Positions 20,042 through 29,834 are shown, numbered from the stretch's first letter. The stretch is DNA of 64,000 nt from Candidatus Omnitrophota bacterium (GCA_043821285.1 JBDRCZ010000017.1:15947-79946); one strand, 5' to 3'. Numbers and translations are program-made. The notes: generated from the sequence alone by a model not told the origin.

Positions 20042-20992
20042 ATGAAAAACAGTAAATCTTTAATTTTGGCATTAATATTTATTTTTCTTGATCCGGCGCA
20101 CCTGGTTGCCGCATCGGATAAATTTGCCGGTATGGTTTGTGCTGACCGGGTTAATGTCCGTGCCGGGCCAAGTACTAATTTTGAGCCGCTGTTTCAATTA
20201 GAGAAATCAGCAATTGTTAAGGTGCTGGGAGAAAATTCCGATTGGTACCGGATTGTCCTTCCAGAAGAGGCATCATGTTTTATTAGCGCTAAATATTTGG
20301 AAAAAATAGATAATAATTATTTTAGAATTACCGGTAAAAATGTGAATGTCCGAGGTGGCCCGAGCACAAACTATAATGTTCTTTGTCAGGTAAATACCGG
20401 TGATACAATTTTTGTTAGAGAAATTAAAGACGATTGGGCAAAAATTTATCCGCCGCAGGACTCAGCGGGATGGATACATAAAGACTATGTAAAGTATTAT
20501 ACTACGCTTGCCAGATATGCAATCGAAGAGCAGAAAGAGCAGGAAACTGTTCAACTGTTTGCTGCCGCTGAAGAAGAATATTGCAAAATGCAGAAAAAGA
20601 CAATGCTTGATGCAGATTTTTCCAGTCTGCTTATCAAATACAAACAGATTTTAGATAAATATAACCCTACGGCAGAACAATCAAGGCTTATCCAACAGAG
20701 AATAGACGAGCTTTGTAATAAAGCAAAAGAGATTGCCTTGCTTAAAAATGATTTATATACCCGTCATACGCCATTGGCGGTCGGGAAAATACAGGATTTA
20801 GGGTGGTATATTAAACGGCCAGGAACGCATAAATTAATTGATCATAATAAAAATACATTATATTATTTAAAAGGCGACCGGAAACTTTTAAATCAATATG
20901 CCAATGAATATGTAAAAATATGGGGCACATTAGAACAAGAAAGACGTTATAAACATTCAATAATTATTGTTGAAAAGATCGAACCAATGTAG
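20042..20992 (+). CDS. Secreted protein with two bacterial SH3 (SH3b) domains
   Basis: Signal peptide (LILALIFIFLDPAHLVAA). Two repeats of the pattern VNVRxGPSTN(F/Y)..L.Q......V......DW..I. Confidence 0.55.
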   Translation: MKNSKSLILALIFIFLDPAHLVAASDKFAGMVCADRVNVRAGPSTNFEPLFQLEKSAIVKVLGENSDWYRIVLPEEASCFISAKYLEKIDNNYFRITGKNVNVRGGPSTNYNVLCQVNTGDTIFVREIKDDWAKIYPPQDSAGWIHKDYVKYYTTLARYAIEEQKEQETVQLFAAAEEEYCKMQKKTMLDADFSSLLIKYKQILDKYNPTAEQSRLIQQRIDELCNKAKEIALLKNDLYTRHTPLAVGKIQDLGWYIKRPGTHKLIDHNKNTLYYLKGDRKLLNQYANEYVKIWGTLEQERRYKHSIIIVEKIEPM

Positions 20993-21569
20993 CAAAATGA
21001 ATAGTATTGCCAGATATATTACCACATTACCGGCCTTTTTAACCGCGGTTGTAATACACGAATATGCCCATGGCTGGATTGCTTATAAATTAGGCGATAA
21101 TACGGCAAAAGACAGCGGAAGACTGACCTTAAATCCACTAAGCCATATTGATCCGATCGGGACAGTAGTATTACCACTATTTTTAATACTAACACGTTCA
21201 CCGATTGTGTTTGGCTGGGCAAAACCTGTCCCAGTTAATATTTATAATTTAAGAAACCCAAAACGTGACATGATTTGGGTGGGATTAGCTGGACCGCTGG
21301 CTAATTTTTTAGGCGTATTTATTTTTTACAACTTTTTCCGCTTACAGATATTTCCTGAATTTAGTGCTGCGGCATATTTTTTAGAGACAGCTGTAGTGAT
21401 TAATTTAATTTTGGGGATTTTCAATCTTATCCCTATGCCTCCTTTGGATGGTTCAAAAATAGTAATTGGACTGTTGCCAAGGAGACTGGCTTATAATTAT
21501 AGCCGTATCGAACCATATGGAGTTGTTATCTTAATCCTGCTTTTGTTATTATTACAATCAATATTTTAG
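20967..21569 (+). CDS. Site-2-protease-family (M50-like) membrane zinc metalloprotease
   Basis: HEYAHG (HExxH) in the first TM helix, followed by multiple TM segments; 200 aa. Confidence 0.6.
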   Translation: MLKRSNQCSKMNSIARYITTLPAFLTAVVIHEYAHGWIAYKLGDNTAKDSGRLTLNPLSHIDPIGTVVLPLFLILTRSPIVFGWAKPVPVNIYNLRNPKRDMIWVGLAGPLANFLGVFIFYNFFRLQIFPEFSAAAYFLETAVVINLILGIFNLIPMPPLDGSKIVIGLLPRRLAYNYSRIEPYGVVILILLLLLLQSIF

Positions 21570-21672
21570 CTTGTGGAAACGAAATAGCATTTGACATTTT
21601 CGTGCTTTAAAAACCGCGTGAACATACCTTGTTATTTTTGATTATAATCTGTCCAAACATGGAGAGATAGCC

Positions 21673-22758
21673 GTGATTAGGGTTAAATTAAATAGCCGTA
21701 GTTATAATATTGTTGTTGAATCGGATAATTTAAAAAAATTTGCAAAAATTGCAAAAAGATTAAGCCTGGGACCGGATGCAGTCATTATAACTAATAATCA
21801 GATAAGACAGTATTATGGACAAAGACTTACAAAAGTATTAATGTTAGAAAAATTTAATACATTTTTTATAACAGTTTTGGATTCGGAAAAAAGTAAATCT
21901 TTGGACATATACAAAAGTGTTATTTCAAAAATTACCCGTTTAGATAAAAAACGAAAACTTTTTCTTATCGCATTTGGCGGAGGGGTAATTGGGGATCTTA
22001 CCGGGTTCATTGCCGCAACGTATAAACGTGGTATTCCATATTTACAACTTCCGTCAACCTTACTTGCCCAGGTTGACTCGGCAATTGGCGGTAAAACGGG
22101 CATTGATTTACCTGCAGGTAAAAATTTAGTCGGGGCAATTTACCAGCCACGCGTGGTATTTTCTGATATTTCACTGCTTAAGACCCTGCCACGAAGACAA
22201 ATTATCAGCGGGATGGCCGAGGTTATCAAATACGCAGTTATTTTTGACCGGAATTTATTTATTTTTTTGGATAAGAACGCAAAGGAAATCCTGAACCTTA
22301 AGCCAGATAAAATCTTATATATAGTTAAAAGATGCAGCCAGCTAAAGGCAGAAGTTGTATCGAGAGATGAATTTGAGAAAAAGGGCTATCGTACTCTGCT
22401 CAATCTGGGACACACCATCGGCCATGCAATTGAGGCGGCAGGTAGTTATTCCTCATCTTACAGCCATGGTGAGGCAATTGCGGTGGGTCTAATCTGCGCC
22501 GCAGAAATTTCACACGCATTGGGAATTATGGAAAAGGGAGAGCTTAACCGTATTGAGGAGTTAATCTTAAAATATAATCTACCAAATAAAATTAAACATT
22601 GTAGCATAAAAGCAATTATGCGTGCGCAGATGCATGATAAGAAATACATACACCGGAAAAACAGATTAGTACTACCGGCTAAAATCGGCCATACCATCGT
22701 CGTAGAAGACATTTCCGAGAAGCTGATTAAGAAAATTATTCAGCAACACAGAGTTTAA
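21673..22758 (+). CDS. aroB: 3-dehydroquinate synthase
   Basis: GGGVIGDLTGFIAATYKRGIPYLQLPSTLLAQVDSAIGGKTGID NAD/metal-binding core; 361 aa. Confidence 0.9.
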   Translation: MIRVKLNSRSYNIVVESDNLKKFAKIAKRLSLGPDAVIITNNQIRQYYGQRLTKVLMLEKFNTFFITVLDSEKSKSLDIYKSVISKITRLDKKRKLFLIAFGGGVIGDLTGFIAATYKRGIPYLQLPSTLLAQVDSAIGGKTGIDLPAGKNLVGAIYQPRVVFSDISLLKTLPRRQIISGMAEVIKYAVIFDRNLFIFLDKNAKEILNLKPDKILYIVKRCSQLKAEVVSRDEFEKKGYRTLLNLGHTIGHAIEAAGSYSSSYSHGEAIAVGLICAAEISHALGIMEKGELNRIEELILKYNLPNKIKHCSIKAIMRAQMHDKKYIHRKNRLVLPAKIGHTIVVEDISEKLIKKIIQQHRV

Positions 22759-22759
22759 G

Positions 22760-23155
22760 ATGATTAGTTTTGAAGTTTCAACTCGATCACGTATAGAATT
22801 TATAGATATCACTGCAAAGATCAATCAAATTATCCAAAAAAATAGCATCAGTGAAGGGATATGTGTGATATTTGTACCACATACAACCGCCGCAATAACA
22901 ATTAATGAAAAAGCCGACCCGGCGGTAGTAAAAGATATAATCAAATATTTAAATAAAACCATTCCTAAAGATGGCGATTATCGTCACATAGAGAGCAACT
23001 CTGACGCACATATAAAATCAACACTTATCGGCAACAGTCAATCCATCGCTATTCATAATTCAAATCTCGCCTTAGGTACCTGGCAGGGGATATATTTTTG
23101 CGAATTTGATGGGCCACGTCGAAGAAAGGTTTGGGTCGAGACTGTTTCTGTTTAA
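22760..23155 (+). CDS. yjbQ: YjbQ/UPF0047 family protein (secondary thiamine-phosphate synthase-like)
   Basis: VPHTTAAITINE ... HIKSTLIGNSQSI motifs characteristic of the YjbQ family; 131 aa. Confidence 0.8.
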   Translation: MISFEVSTRSRIEFIDITAKINQIIQKNSISEGICVIFVPHTTAAITINEKADPAVVKDIIKYLNKTIPKDGDYRHIESNSDAHIKSTLIGNSQSIAIHNSNLALGTWQGIYFCEFDGPRRRKVWVETVSV

Positions 23156-23496
23156 AAAATTGTACCATAATTTCCTGAGGTAATTGATCAGTATTGTAAT
23201 GTGGCAATTAAAGACGGAGCATAGATATCCACCACTAAGATTGACGAATTAAATTCGTATAAATAATTTACGCCGCTTTTTACTCCGTAAATTATACACT
23301 CAATGAAGCTACCCTGCAGCAAGAGACGTGGTATCTTCATACACGGAAAATGCAAGCATTTTTCGGTCATCCGGCCTAGAGGCGATGCAAGCGAAATTGT
23401 CTTCGCCCCGCCACGGCGGCGGATCTTCGACAATTTCGCAAAAAACAAAAACCTTTTACCCTGTACAAGCTACAGGTAATACTCAAGTTTAAGGAG

Positions 23497-23976
23497 GTGA
23501 AAAAGATGTCGCTTGCAATTAAGGAATTTGAATCATGTTATGGATTGGCGGTGAGAAAATTAATCCTGAAAATTTTATTATCGGAATTTCCAGAAACAAT
23601 GGTAGCCTATCCAAGTACAGATCTGGAAGATATTACTGGTAATTATGGCGGCAAACGGGAAAGATTTTTTATTGCATTAGATGAGGAAAAAGTAGTCGGA
23701 ACAATTGCCGTCAAAGAAGATGATAAAAAAAATGCACTACTCCGGCGTATTTATGTACATCCTAATTATCGGAACAAAGGCTACGGCAAAATGCTGCTTA
23801 AGACCGCCATAGATTTTGCTAAAAGCCAAGGTTATCGCCGAATCGTTTTTCGTTCCACAGATAAAATGTCACTTGCTAATTTACTTTGTAAAAAAAACGG
23901 TTTTAATGAAGTATCTCAGGTAGGTTTTGGGGGAATAAAAATCGTGGAATTTGCCCATATTTTTAAGAACAAATAA
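23497..23976 (+). CDS. GNAT-family N-acetyltransferase
   Basis: RRIYVHPNYRNKGYGKMLL acetyl-CoA-binding motif (Q/RxxGxG/A). Track start is GTG at 23497; the ATG at 23506, preceded by AAGGAGG, is more likely. Leader contains the hairpin CCCTGTACAAGCTACAGG just before the RBS. Confidence 0.8.
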   Translation: MKKMSLAIKEFESCYGLAVRKLILKILLSEFPETMVAYPSTDLEDITGNYGGKRERFFIALDEEKVVGTIAVKEDDKKNALLRRIYVHPNYRNKGYGKMLLKTAIDFAKSQGYRRIVFRSTDKMSLANLLCKKNGFNEVSQVGFGGIKIVEFAHIFKNK

Positions 23977-24064
23977 TTACGATATAACTGGCCTGACCAA
24001 AAATCCCCAGTTTTCCCGTACAAACCAACGTAATCAAATTAACAGGTTATGCACAGGAGATATA

Positions 24065-24112
24065 TAACTGCTATAACTTATTTAAAATAAACAAGTTATA
24101 GCAGTTAATCGC
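24065..24112. promoter_or_regulatory. Perfect 15-bp palindrome TAACTGCTATAACTT-N13-AAGTTATAGCAGTTA between the GNAT gene and the membrane glycosyltransferase-like gene
   Basis: Read directly. It could be a terminator of the GNAT gene or an operator. It is not followed by a T-run. Confidence 0.3.
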
Positions 24113-24200
24113 TAATATTGTAGTTAACATAAGATACATTATAGGAAGTTAAGGATGGGCCAAGCAAGGCTGGGTTTGCTTGGGTATTTCGGAGTTTTGA

Positions 24201-25373
24201 ATGAAAAAATATTTAAAAACCTGGTCAAAATCACTGCCAGAACTCCTATTTTCCATAATATTCTTGGCCGGCATCATATTTCGGCTCTTAATGCTGCTAA
24301 AGTATAAAAATGTCCCACTGACATTTGATGCTAAAGGATATTATGACATGGCAGTTAACATGACCAATTTCTATGCAGCAAGCTTTCGGGAGCCTTTTTA
24401 CATTTTAATTGTTAAAATGTTTGTTAAGTTAACCGGATTAGGTGAGTTTGCTGTGCGCATTCAATCTTTTACCTTTTCTGTTTTTAGTATACTAATATTG
24501 TATTTATTAGGGCTAAGATTATTTAACCGTTTTGTCGGTATATGTTCTGCTGTATTCCTGTCCTTAAACCCCTTTTTAATTTACAATTGTACCCGCGGCC
24601 TGCGTACAGAAATTACAATTTTTCTATTACTTATTTTTACCTTTATTGCATTTCCCCTGAACTTTTTGTGCAATAACGCAAAATTAATAATTCTGACATT
24701 TATTGCGGCCGCCTTATCCCTTATAAAAATTTATTATTTACCAATTATGATTTTGCTTATATTTTATATATTTTTTAAAGAAAAATGTCCCGCTTGGTTT
24801 TTAAAAACAATGATTGCATTTATTGTCGTAATTTTATTAGTTATGCCGTTTCTTATCAGCAATAAAAATACATATAATGACATGTTCTGCATTTCTAATA
24901 TGAATGCTGTTTTTTGGCGTAATCAGGAATTTGCTGGTAAACCCGGGTTCCCCACTATTGCAGAAGTCAAAAAAAATCCTTACATTGGGCCAAAAATAAC
25001 TACATTTGATTATTTATTTAAACTGCACAGCATTAGGGAAGTTATTATGCGGTTTATACAAGGGTATTATTTTTGCATCTTTAAATATATTTATCAAACA
25101 ATGTGGATTTTTAGCCCGCTGGTTTATTTTGGTATGATCGGCATAATTGCTATGCTTTTTACCGACAAAAGATTATTTGTTTTATTAATGCTCATTGTAA
25201 TTTTGCCGAATGTATTTATATTACCAATCAATACGATTGGATATATCAGAGTCGACCGTCGTTTTGCAATGGTCATGTACCCATTTTTTTCCATATGTAT
25301 CAGCTATGGGATTTATTTTGTGTTTACAAAAATAAAGAATTTTAGGGATAGCAATGCTAAATTAAAAGCCTAA
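24201..25373 (+). CDS. Polytopic membrane protein, ArnT/PMT-like glycosyltransferase fold suspected
   Basis: About 10 predicted TM helices. The N-terminal arrangement resembles GT-C glycosyltransferases. No catalytic motif securely identified. Confidence 0.4.
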   Translation: MKKYLKTWSKSLPELLFSIIFLAGIIFRLLMLLKYKNVPLTFDAKGYYDMAVNMTNFYAASFREPFYILIVKMFVKLTGLGEFAVRIQSFTFSVFSILILYLLGLRLFNRFVGICSAVFLSLNPFLIYNCTRGLRTEITIFLLLIFTFIAFPLNFLCNNAKLIILTFIAAALSLIKIYYLPIMILLIFYIFFKEKCPAWFLKTMIAFIVVILLVMPFLISNKNTYNDMFCISNMNAVFWRNQEFAGKPGFPTIAEVKKNPYIGPKITTFDYLFKLHSIREVIMRFIQGYYFCIFKYIYQTMWIFSPLVYFGMIGIIAMLFTDKRLFVLLMLIVILPNVFILPINTIGYIRVDRRFAMVMYPFFSICISYGIYFVFTKIKNFRDSNAKLKA

Positions 25374-25505
25374 ATTTTCATCGCTTTGAGGATTAAACTT
25401 GATTATTCCCTGTAGTTTGGCTATATGGTGATCTATTGGATGGAAAGTTTGAAAACCGTAGGTTTTCAAATGGATAAAAAATTTCCGTTGCTGCATTGCC
25501 TCATC

Positions 25506-25568
25506 AGCTTGGCAAAAGACCCTGTAATCTTGCTACAGGGATGGTCAAGCTAATGGAAATTTTTTATT
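25506..25568 (+). terminator. Rho-independent terminator between convergent genes
   Basis: Nested hairpin AGCTTGGC ... CCCTGTA-ATCTTGC-TACAGGG ... GTCAAGCT followed by AATTTTTTATT. Confidence 0.5.
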
Positions 25569-25575
25569 AACCGAT

Positions 25576-26667
25576 TTATTTAGATTTTGTCATTTGGATT
25601 TTGGAATTAGTTTGTGGATTTTCCTGCGTTTCATTAATTGCCCTTATTGGATATGGTATAATTATGCCTTCTTTGGCATAGCGCGCGTGCAGCGCCTTGA
25701 TAAATTCATGTTTTATCAGGTAATTATCGACAAATTCCTTTGCCCGCAGGATGACGGTAAAATCAATACTATAGGCATTAAACGTGTGATAGCGGATAAA
25801 CGGCTTAAAATCAGCAACTCCGCCGGTAACCGTTTTCATAATTTTCTCCCCGACTTCAATCGTAACCCGCTCCACCTGTGTTAGGTCGGAGTCATAATGC
25901 ACGCCTACCTGTACAAGCACCGCCAAGTCAGTTGACGGATAATAATAATTGAGCACTTTGGAGTTGACCAAGACCTTATTCGGGATAACCACAATATTAT
26001 TTGGCAGCATTTTCACCCAGGTAGACCTCCACCCGATCTTTTCAACATACCCCTCTTCCCCTGAGTCAAGCTTAATAAACTGCCCTTTTTGTATTGGCTT
26101 ATCAATAACAATTTGTACCCCCGAGAAAAAATTTTCCAGTGTTGGCTGAAGCGCCAATGCCACGGCTAAAGAACCAATACCTAAAGAAGCAATCAGCGGT
26201 GTAATCGATATACCAAAACTATCCATTAATATAAGAATACCAATAACAATGACAATTGCGCGGACAACTCCCTGGGTAATACTCCCGGAGGTTTTTAATA
26301 TTTCTACTTTTTCAGAATATAGCTGAATTAAGTTTTTAAGTAATTTATCTAAAAAAATAATTACCGCGACAATGGTTGTTGCCTTAAACGCAACAAAGAT
26401 ATATTTTGTAAGTTCGGCGTCTTTTGCCAGTGGGGAGAACTGTTGCAACACCAGTCCCCCGCTAACATAGATAAATAGTGTCAAGGGAAATTGTAATGCG
26501 GCAATAAAGATATCATCAAGCTGGGTATGCGTTCGTTGGGCAAAGCGTTGAATACGGTTGAATACAATCCGGCGGACAATAAAAAGTCCACTTACCCAGA
26601 CAAAATAGATTACTGGTGCATATATCCATGCCGGCACGGAAATTCCAAATAATACTAAGTTTTTCAT
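25576..26667 (-). CDS. mscS: Small-conductance mechanosensitive channel (MscS family)
   Basis: Three N-terminal TM helices followed by the conserved MscS beta-domain region (ILMDSFGISITPLIASLGIGSLAVALALQ ... VIDKPIQKGQFI); 363 aa. Confidence 0.85.
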   Translation of the reverse strand: MKNLVLFGISVPAWIYAPVIYFVWVSGLFIVRRIVFNRIQRFAQRTHTQLDDIFIAALQFPLTLFIYVSGGLVLQQFSPLAKDAELTKYIFVAFKATTIVAVIIFLDKLLKNLIQLYSEKVEILKTSGSITQGVVRAIVIVIGILILMDSFGISITPLIASLGIGSLAVALALQPTLENFFSGVQIVIDKPIQKGQFIKLDSGEEGYVEKIGWRSTWVKMLPNNIVVIPNKVLVNSKVLNYYYPSTDLAVLVQVGVHYDSDLTQVERVTIEVGEKIMKTVTGGVADFKPFIRYHTFNAYSIDFTVILRAKEFVDNYLIKHEFIKALHARYAKEGIIIPYPIRAINETQENPQTNSKIQMTKSK

Positions 26668-26700
26668 TTTTTTAGAATAATATATTTGCTGACGCGGTTT

Positions 26701-26970
26701 TCATGGACAATGGGTCAGGTCGGGTTCTAGTTTTAACGCTAATTCCTCGATCTTAGGAAGAATTGCATTCAAATATCCTGCTATTTCTGAGTGTTCAGCC
26801 CGGGTTATCATGATCAAGAGATTTTCCCGTGGGATAGGATTAATATTTTTAGTGTCATACGGGGGGATCAGCGGCTGAACATGGTCTATACTAAAAAAAA
26901 CACCCTGCGCCTGGGCTACCAGAGGTATAAAAACAAATACAAACAGTAATACAAGGGATATCTTTTTCAT
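26701..26970 (-). CDS. Small secreted protein, unknown function
   Basis: Signal peptide MKKISLVLLFVFVFIPLVAQA. 89 aa. Immediately upstream of and co-oriented with mscS. Confidence 0.35.
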   Translation of the reverse strand: MKKISLVLLFVFVFIPLVAQAQGVFFSIDHVQPLIPPYDTKNINPIPRENLLIMITRAEHSEIAGYLNAILPKIEELALKLEPDLTHCP

Positions 26971-27147
26971 TTTCCCCTCCTATTATTTTTTGGGGTTCTG
27001 TCAAAACTTACCTAAACTTTTAATAAGCAATGCAGATTACAAACGACTAATTATATTATATACTTATTTTCAATGGAAAGTCAAGAAAATAATGCCCTAC
27101 GTGACTTAGGAATATCAAATGTTTAATGACAAATCTCAAATGAATTT

Positions 27148-27954
27148 TTAAATAACTTCAAAGCTAAGCCCCCAGCATAGCTGGGGGCTTAGCTTTGAAG
27201 TTATTTTTTTCTTTTCCTTATCAGATATGCTATTTTCTTCAGTTATAAGTTTCAAAATTAACTGAGAGGGCTTAACGGATTGTTTTAATTTTCTTAGATC
27301 CGGCAAGTCACGTACCTTTTTATTTGTATCTACATATTTATTTTTTATTTTCATGGCAAACGCTTCATCTCCCAGAATACAGCCTTTTAACGTCAGTTTT
27401 TGCAAAGGGAATTTTTCTTTTAACATTCCTGCTGCAACAAACTGCCGATATGATTTTTTGCTCTCAAAAGAAGCCATTATGGTTTTTGTTTCCATGTAGT
27501 TAGGCAATATTTTTGAACCAACATAGTAATGATAACTGCACCAGGGATATTCATAAGGTGTATTAGATAATCCGGCAGCGACGGCGTTAAGATGTATGTA
27601 GCGTGACAGTTCATTAAGGTATGCATCTTTATCAACAACAATTGCTTTATATCTGCCTTGAAAGAGGTGTCCTACCCTCTTTTGTGCTTTATTATAATAT
27701 GTGGTGTAGCTTGAATTTATATACTGCATGCACCGGCTTAAATTAGCATATGGAGTTTCCATAAGCAAGTGATAATGATTAGGCATTAAACAATAGGCAT
27801 GAATTATAAAGCTAAAACGCAGGTATGCATTTTTAATATAAAATAAAAACTTATCTTTATCATAATCAGTAGTAAATATTTCATTTTTATCATTTCCTCT
27901 GGCACTGATATGATAAAAGGCTCCTGGATATTCAATTCTTAATGGTCTAGCCAT
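27148..27954 (-). CDS. IS200/IS605-like HUH tyrosine (Y1) transposase, long form with C-terminal extension
   Basis: N-terminus MARPLRIEYPGAFYHISARGN, HUH motif HYHLL, catalytic Tyr region GHLFQGRYKA; 268 aa. No TnpB partner present. Confidence 0.75.
   Translation of the reverse strand: MARPLRIEYPGAFYHISARGNDKNEIFTTDYDKDKFLFYIKNAYLRFSFIIHAYCLMPNHYHLLMETPYANLSRCMQYINSSYTTYYNKAQKRVGHLFQGRYKAIVVDKDAYLNELSRYIHLNAVAAGLSNTPYEYPWCSYHYYVGSKILPNYMETKTIMASFESKKSYRQFVAAGMLKEKFPLQKLTLKGCILGDEAFAMKIKNKYVDTNKKVRDLPDLRKLKQSVKPSQLILKLITEENSISDKEKKKITSKLSPQLCWGLSFEVI
27154..27202. repeat. Perfect 23-bp-stem hairpin (AACTTCAAAGCTAAGCCCCCAGC-ATA-GCTGGGGGCTTAGCTTTGAAGTT) at the 3' end of the HUH transposase gene
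   Basis: Read directly; overlaps the last ~18 codons of the transposase ORF. Followed on the + strand by ATTTTTTTCTTTT. Candidate IS200-type subterminal hairpin and/or bidirectional terminator. Confidence 0.55.
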
Positions 27955-28035
27955 AACCTCTCTTTCTGATGATAATAACCTTCGTATATATTATAGGCGT
28001 TATAGTCAATTTTGGCAAATGGCGAGGTCTGACCC

Positions 28036-28449
28036 CTACTTATTTTTATTTACTACTGATACCAGCTTTTTATTATCATGGGAGTCAATAATTATCATAC
28101 AGGTGTTAGAGTTTGTACATTTACAGGTTGTACCGTATATGTAATTAATATTAATTCCCGCGGCCTTTATTTTTCCGGCCATTTGTGCGGCTTGTCCGGG
28201 TTTATCTTCCAACTGTATTAAGACTACCTCCTGTTCGCTGATCGCATAATCTTTGGCTTTTAATGCGGACGCTGCTTTTCTGTTATCAGAAGTAATTAAG
28301 TAAAAATGTGCTTTATCTTGCATTGCGTAGGCACAGATTGCGGATATATTTGCACCAGCTGCGGATATTGCCAGACTTACCTCTTGCAGTATGCCAACCT
28401 TATTTTCCGTAATTACCGTTAGTTGTTTTATAATTTCTGCCTTAGCCAT
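28036..28449 (-). CDS. ACT-domain protein (two ACT-like halves)
   Basis: LTVITENKVGILQEVSLAISAAGANI and VLIQLEDKPGQAAQMAGKIKAAGINI resemble ACT regulatory domains; 137 aa. Confidence 0.55.
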   Translation of the reverse strand: MAKAEIIKQLTVITENKVGILQEVSLAISAAGANISAICAYAMQDKAHFYLITSDNRKAASALKAKDYAISEQEVVLIQLEDKPGQAAQMAGKIKAAGININYIYGTTCKCTNSNTCMIIIDSHDNKKLVSVVNKNK

Positions 28450-28633
28450 ATCTCTCCCCCCTTATTTTTTGCTCCGCAAAAAATAGAGCAATTGAAAATA
28501 GATAATGGAACATAGAGAAATTTTCTATTGTGGTCTATTGTTCAATTTTCTATTTTCAAAACCCTTTTCATGACCTGCCACAATATTATCAGATCTTCGA
28601 CTTGTTAATCAGAAAATGCAACGCATTTTCTAT

Positions 28634-28930
28634 CTATTGTTTAGTACTACTATATAAGTCATCATACCTAAGCTTAAAATCCGCGTTAAGATTTCTAAAT
28701 TCTAAGATAATTGCTCTTAGAGGAATTCTTGCTAAATTACTATACGCAGAGAAGCTATCGGATAATTTTCTCAGTATGGTCCGTTCATCGCCTTTATAGC
28801 TAAGCACGTTACCTTGCTCATTCACTTGAAGCCCCTGAATTTTTAAAACAGCATTGAACGTTTTTTCTTCTCCCAGTAAACGCAGTTCTCTTTGTATCAC
28901 CGCCGTAAAAAATGCCTTATAGTCAGTCAT
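28634..28930 (-). CDS. Hypothetical protein
   Basis: 98 aa, no recognisable motif. Co-oriented with and 38 nt downstream of the H-NOX/V4R-like gene. Confidence 0.3.
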   Translation of the reverse strand: MTDYKAFFTAVIQRELRLLGEEKTFNAVLKIQGLQVNEQGNVLSYKGDERTILRKLSDSFSAYSNLARIPLRAIILEFRNLNADFKLRYDDLYSSTKQ

Positions 28931-28968
28931 TATCCTAACCCTTTTTTTATTTTTCCGGTACTAAATAA

Positions 28969-29508
28969 TTATTTATTAAACTTGATTATGACCTTACAAT
29001 AATCGTCGCCTTTTTTTATACATAAAGGTTCTTCAATCGTTCCTTCTTCCTGATAAGCGTCAAGGGTGAACTGGACAAGGGATTTTAAAAAAACACAAAG
29101 TTTATTTGGCGAGTTATACATATAGGTTAGCTCATTCTCTGTTTCTTTTAAAATTGTAAGTTTTGCGGTTGGTGTGCCGGCTAACGTTGGCAGTTCAATA
29201 TGATGCCCGGGAACACGGCGCAGCGCCTCTTTAGCACTCCCGGCATCTTCAAAATATCCGGGAAAAGTATTGCTGATCACTTGTCCGGCAAATTTGCCAA
29301 ATTTATCTTCAACTACTTCCGGTGCTTCGCTAAAACATGCCGCGGCTTCTCGATAAAGTTTTTGAAACTCTACTTCCGGATATATTCTTTCATCCTGATA
29401 TTTATCAGTTATCCCTATTTTTTTCATCAGGTCGTTTTTTTTATCCGGTCCCTTTTCTTTTTCCACAAAGGCAAGCAATATATTATTGACTATTCCCATC
29501 ATCAGCAA
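28969..29508 (-). CDS. Hypothetical ligand-binding protein, H-NOX-like N-terminus with V4R-like C-terminal DDYCKVIIKF
   Basis: MMGIVNNILLAFVEKEKG resembles the start of H-NOX/HNOB domains. Assignment is weak. Strong RBS AGGGGGG and an upstream consensus promoter support expression. Confidence 0.3.
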   Translation of the reverse strand: MLMMGIVNNILLAFVEKEKGPDKKNDLMKKIGITDKYQDERIYPEVEFQKLYREAAACFSEAPEVVEDKFGKFAGQVISNTFPGYFEDAGSAKEALRRVPGHHIELPTLAGTPTAKLTILKETENELTYMYNSPNKLCVFLKSLVQFTLDAYQEEGTIEEPLCIKKGDDYCKVIIKFNK

Positions 29509-29534
29509 TCCCCCCTTTGTACATGGTTTATTAG

Positions 29535-29563
29535 ATTTTAACAGGATTAGAGGTGATTGTCAA
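29535..29563 (-). promoter_or_regulatory. Consensus sigma70 promoter for the 28969..29508 operon
   Basis: Minus-strand sense reads TTGACA-N17-TAAAAT (the -35 is perfect). A short leader follows, with the SD AGGGGGG. Confidence 0.55.
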
Positions 29564-29620
29564 GGATATATCGTGAAAAAGTAAGAAAAATCGTATTGTG
29601 TATTGAGTATTGTGGTTAAG

Positions 29621-29806
29621 AAATCTATCCACGAATGGTACAAAAAGCAGCGTTAATGACGAATGACGAAATCAGAACATTAAAATAAAAAACTCAAAAA
29701 AAGAAAATTAAATTTTAGCCACGAAATACACGAATCGCACGAAAAAAGAAAAGAGAATAAAAAGAAAAATATTTAACCACGAAGATCACGAAGTTTTTTT
29801 GTGAGA
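29621..29806 (-). repeat. Array of about 9 direct TTCGTG/TTCGTC hexamer repeats, including three at 9-bp spacing
   Basis: On the minus strand: CGTGATCTTCGTGG; TTCGTGCGATTCGTGTATTTCGTGGC; TTCGTCATTCGTCATT; CCATTCGTGG. They lie 60-250 bp upstream of the 29535-29563 promoter, between it and the terminator of giant gene A. Confidence 0.45.
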
Positions 29807-29808
29807 AT

Positions 29809-29834
29809 AATTTTTTGTCATAAGACAAAAAATT
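29809..29834 (-). terminator. Terminator of giant gene A
   Basis: TTTTTTGTC-ATAA-GACAAAAAA hairpin immediately after the stop (minus sense ...GCAATATAA TTTTTTGTCTTATGACAAAAAAT). Confidence 0.55.

Noticed and set aside
23188-23448. 86-aa minus-strand ORF between yjbQ and the GNAT gene
   Set aside because: It lies in the predicted promoter and leader of the GNAT gene and has no homology or signals, so it is probably spurious.
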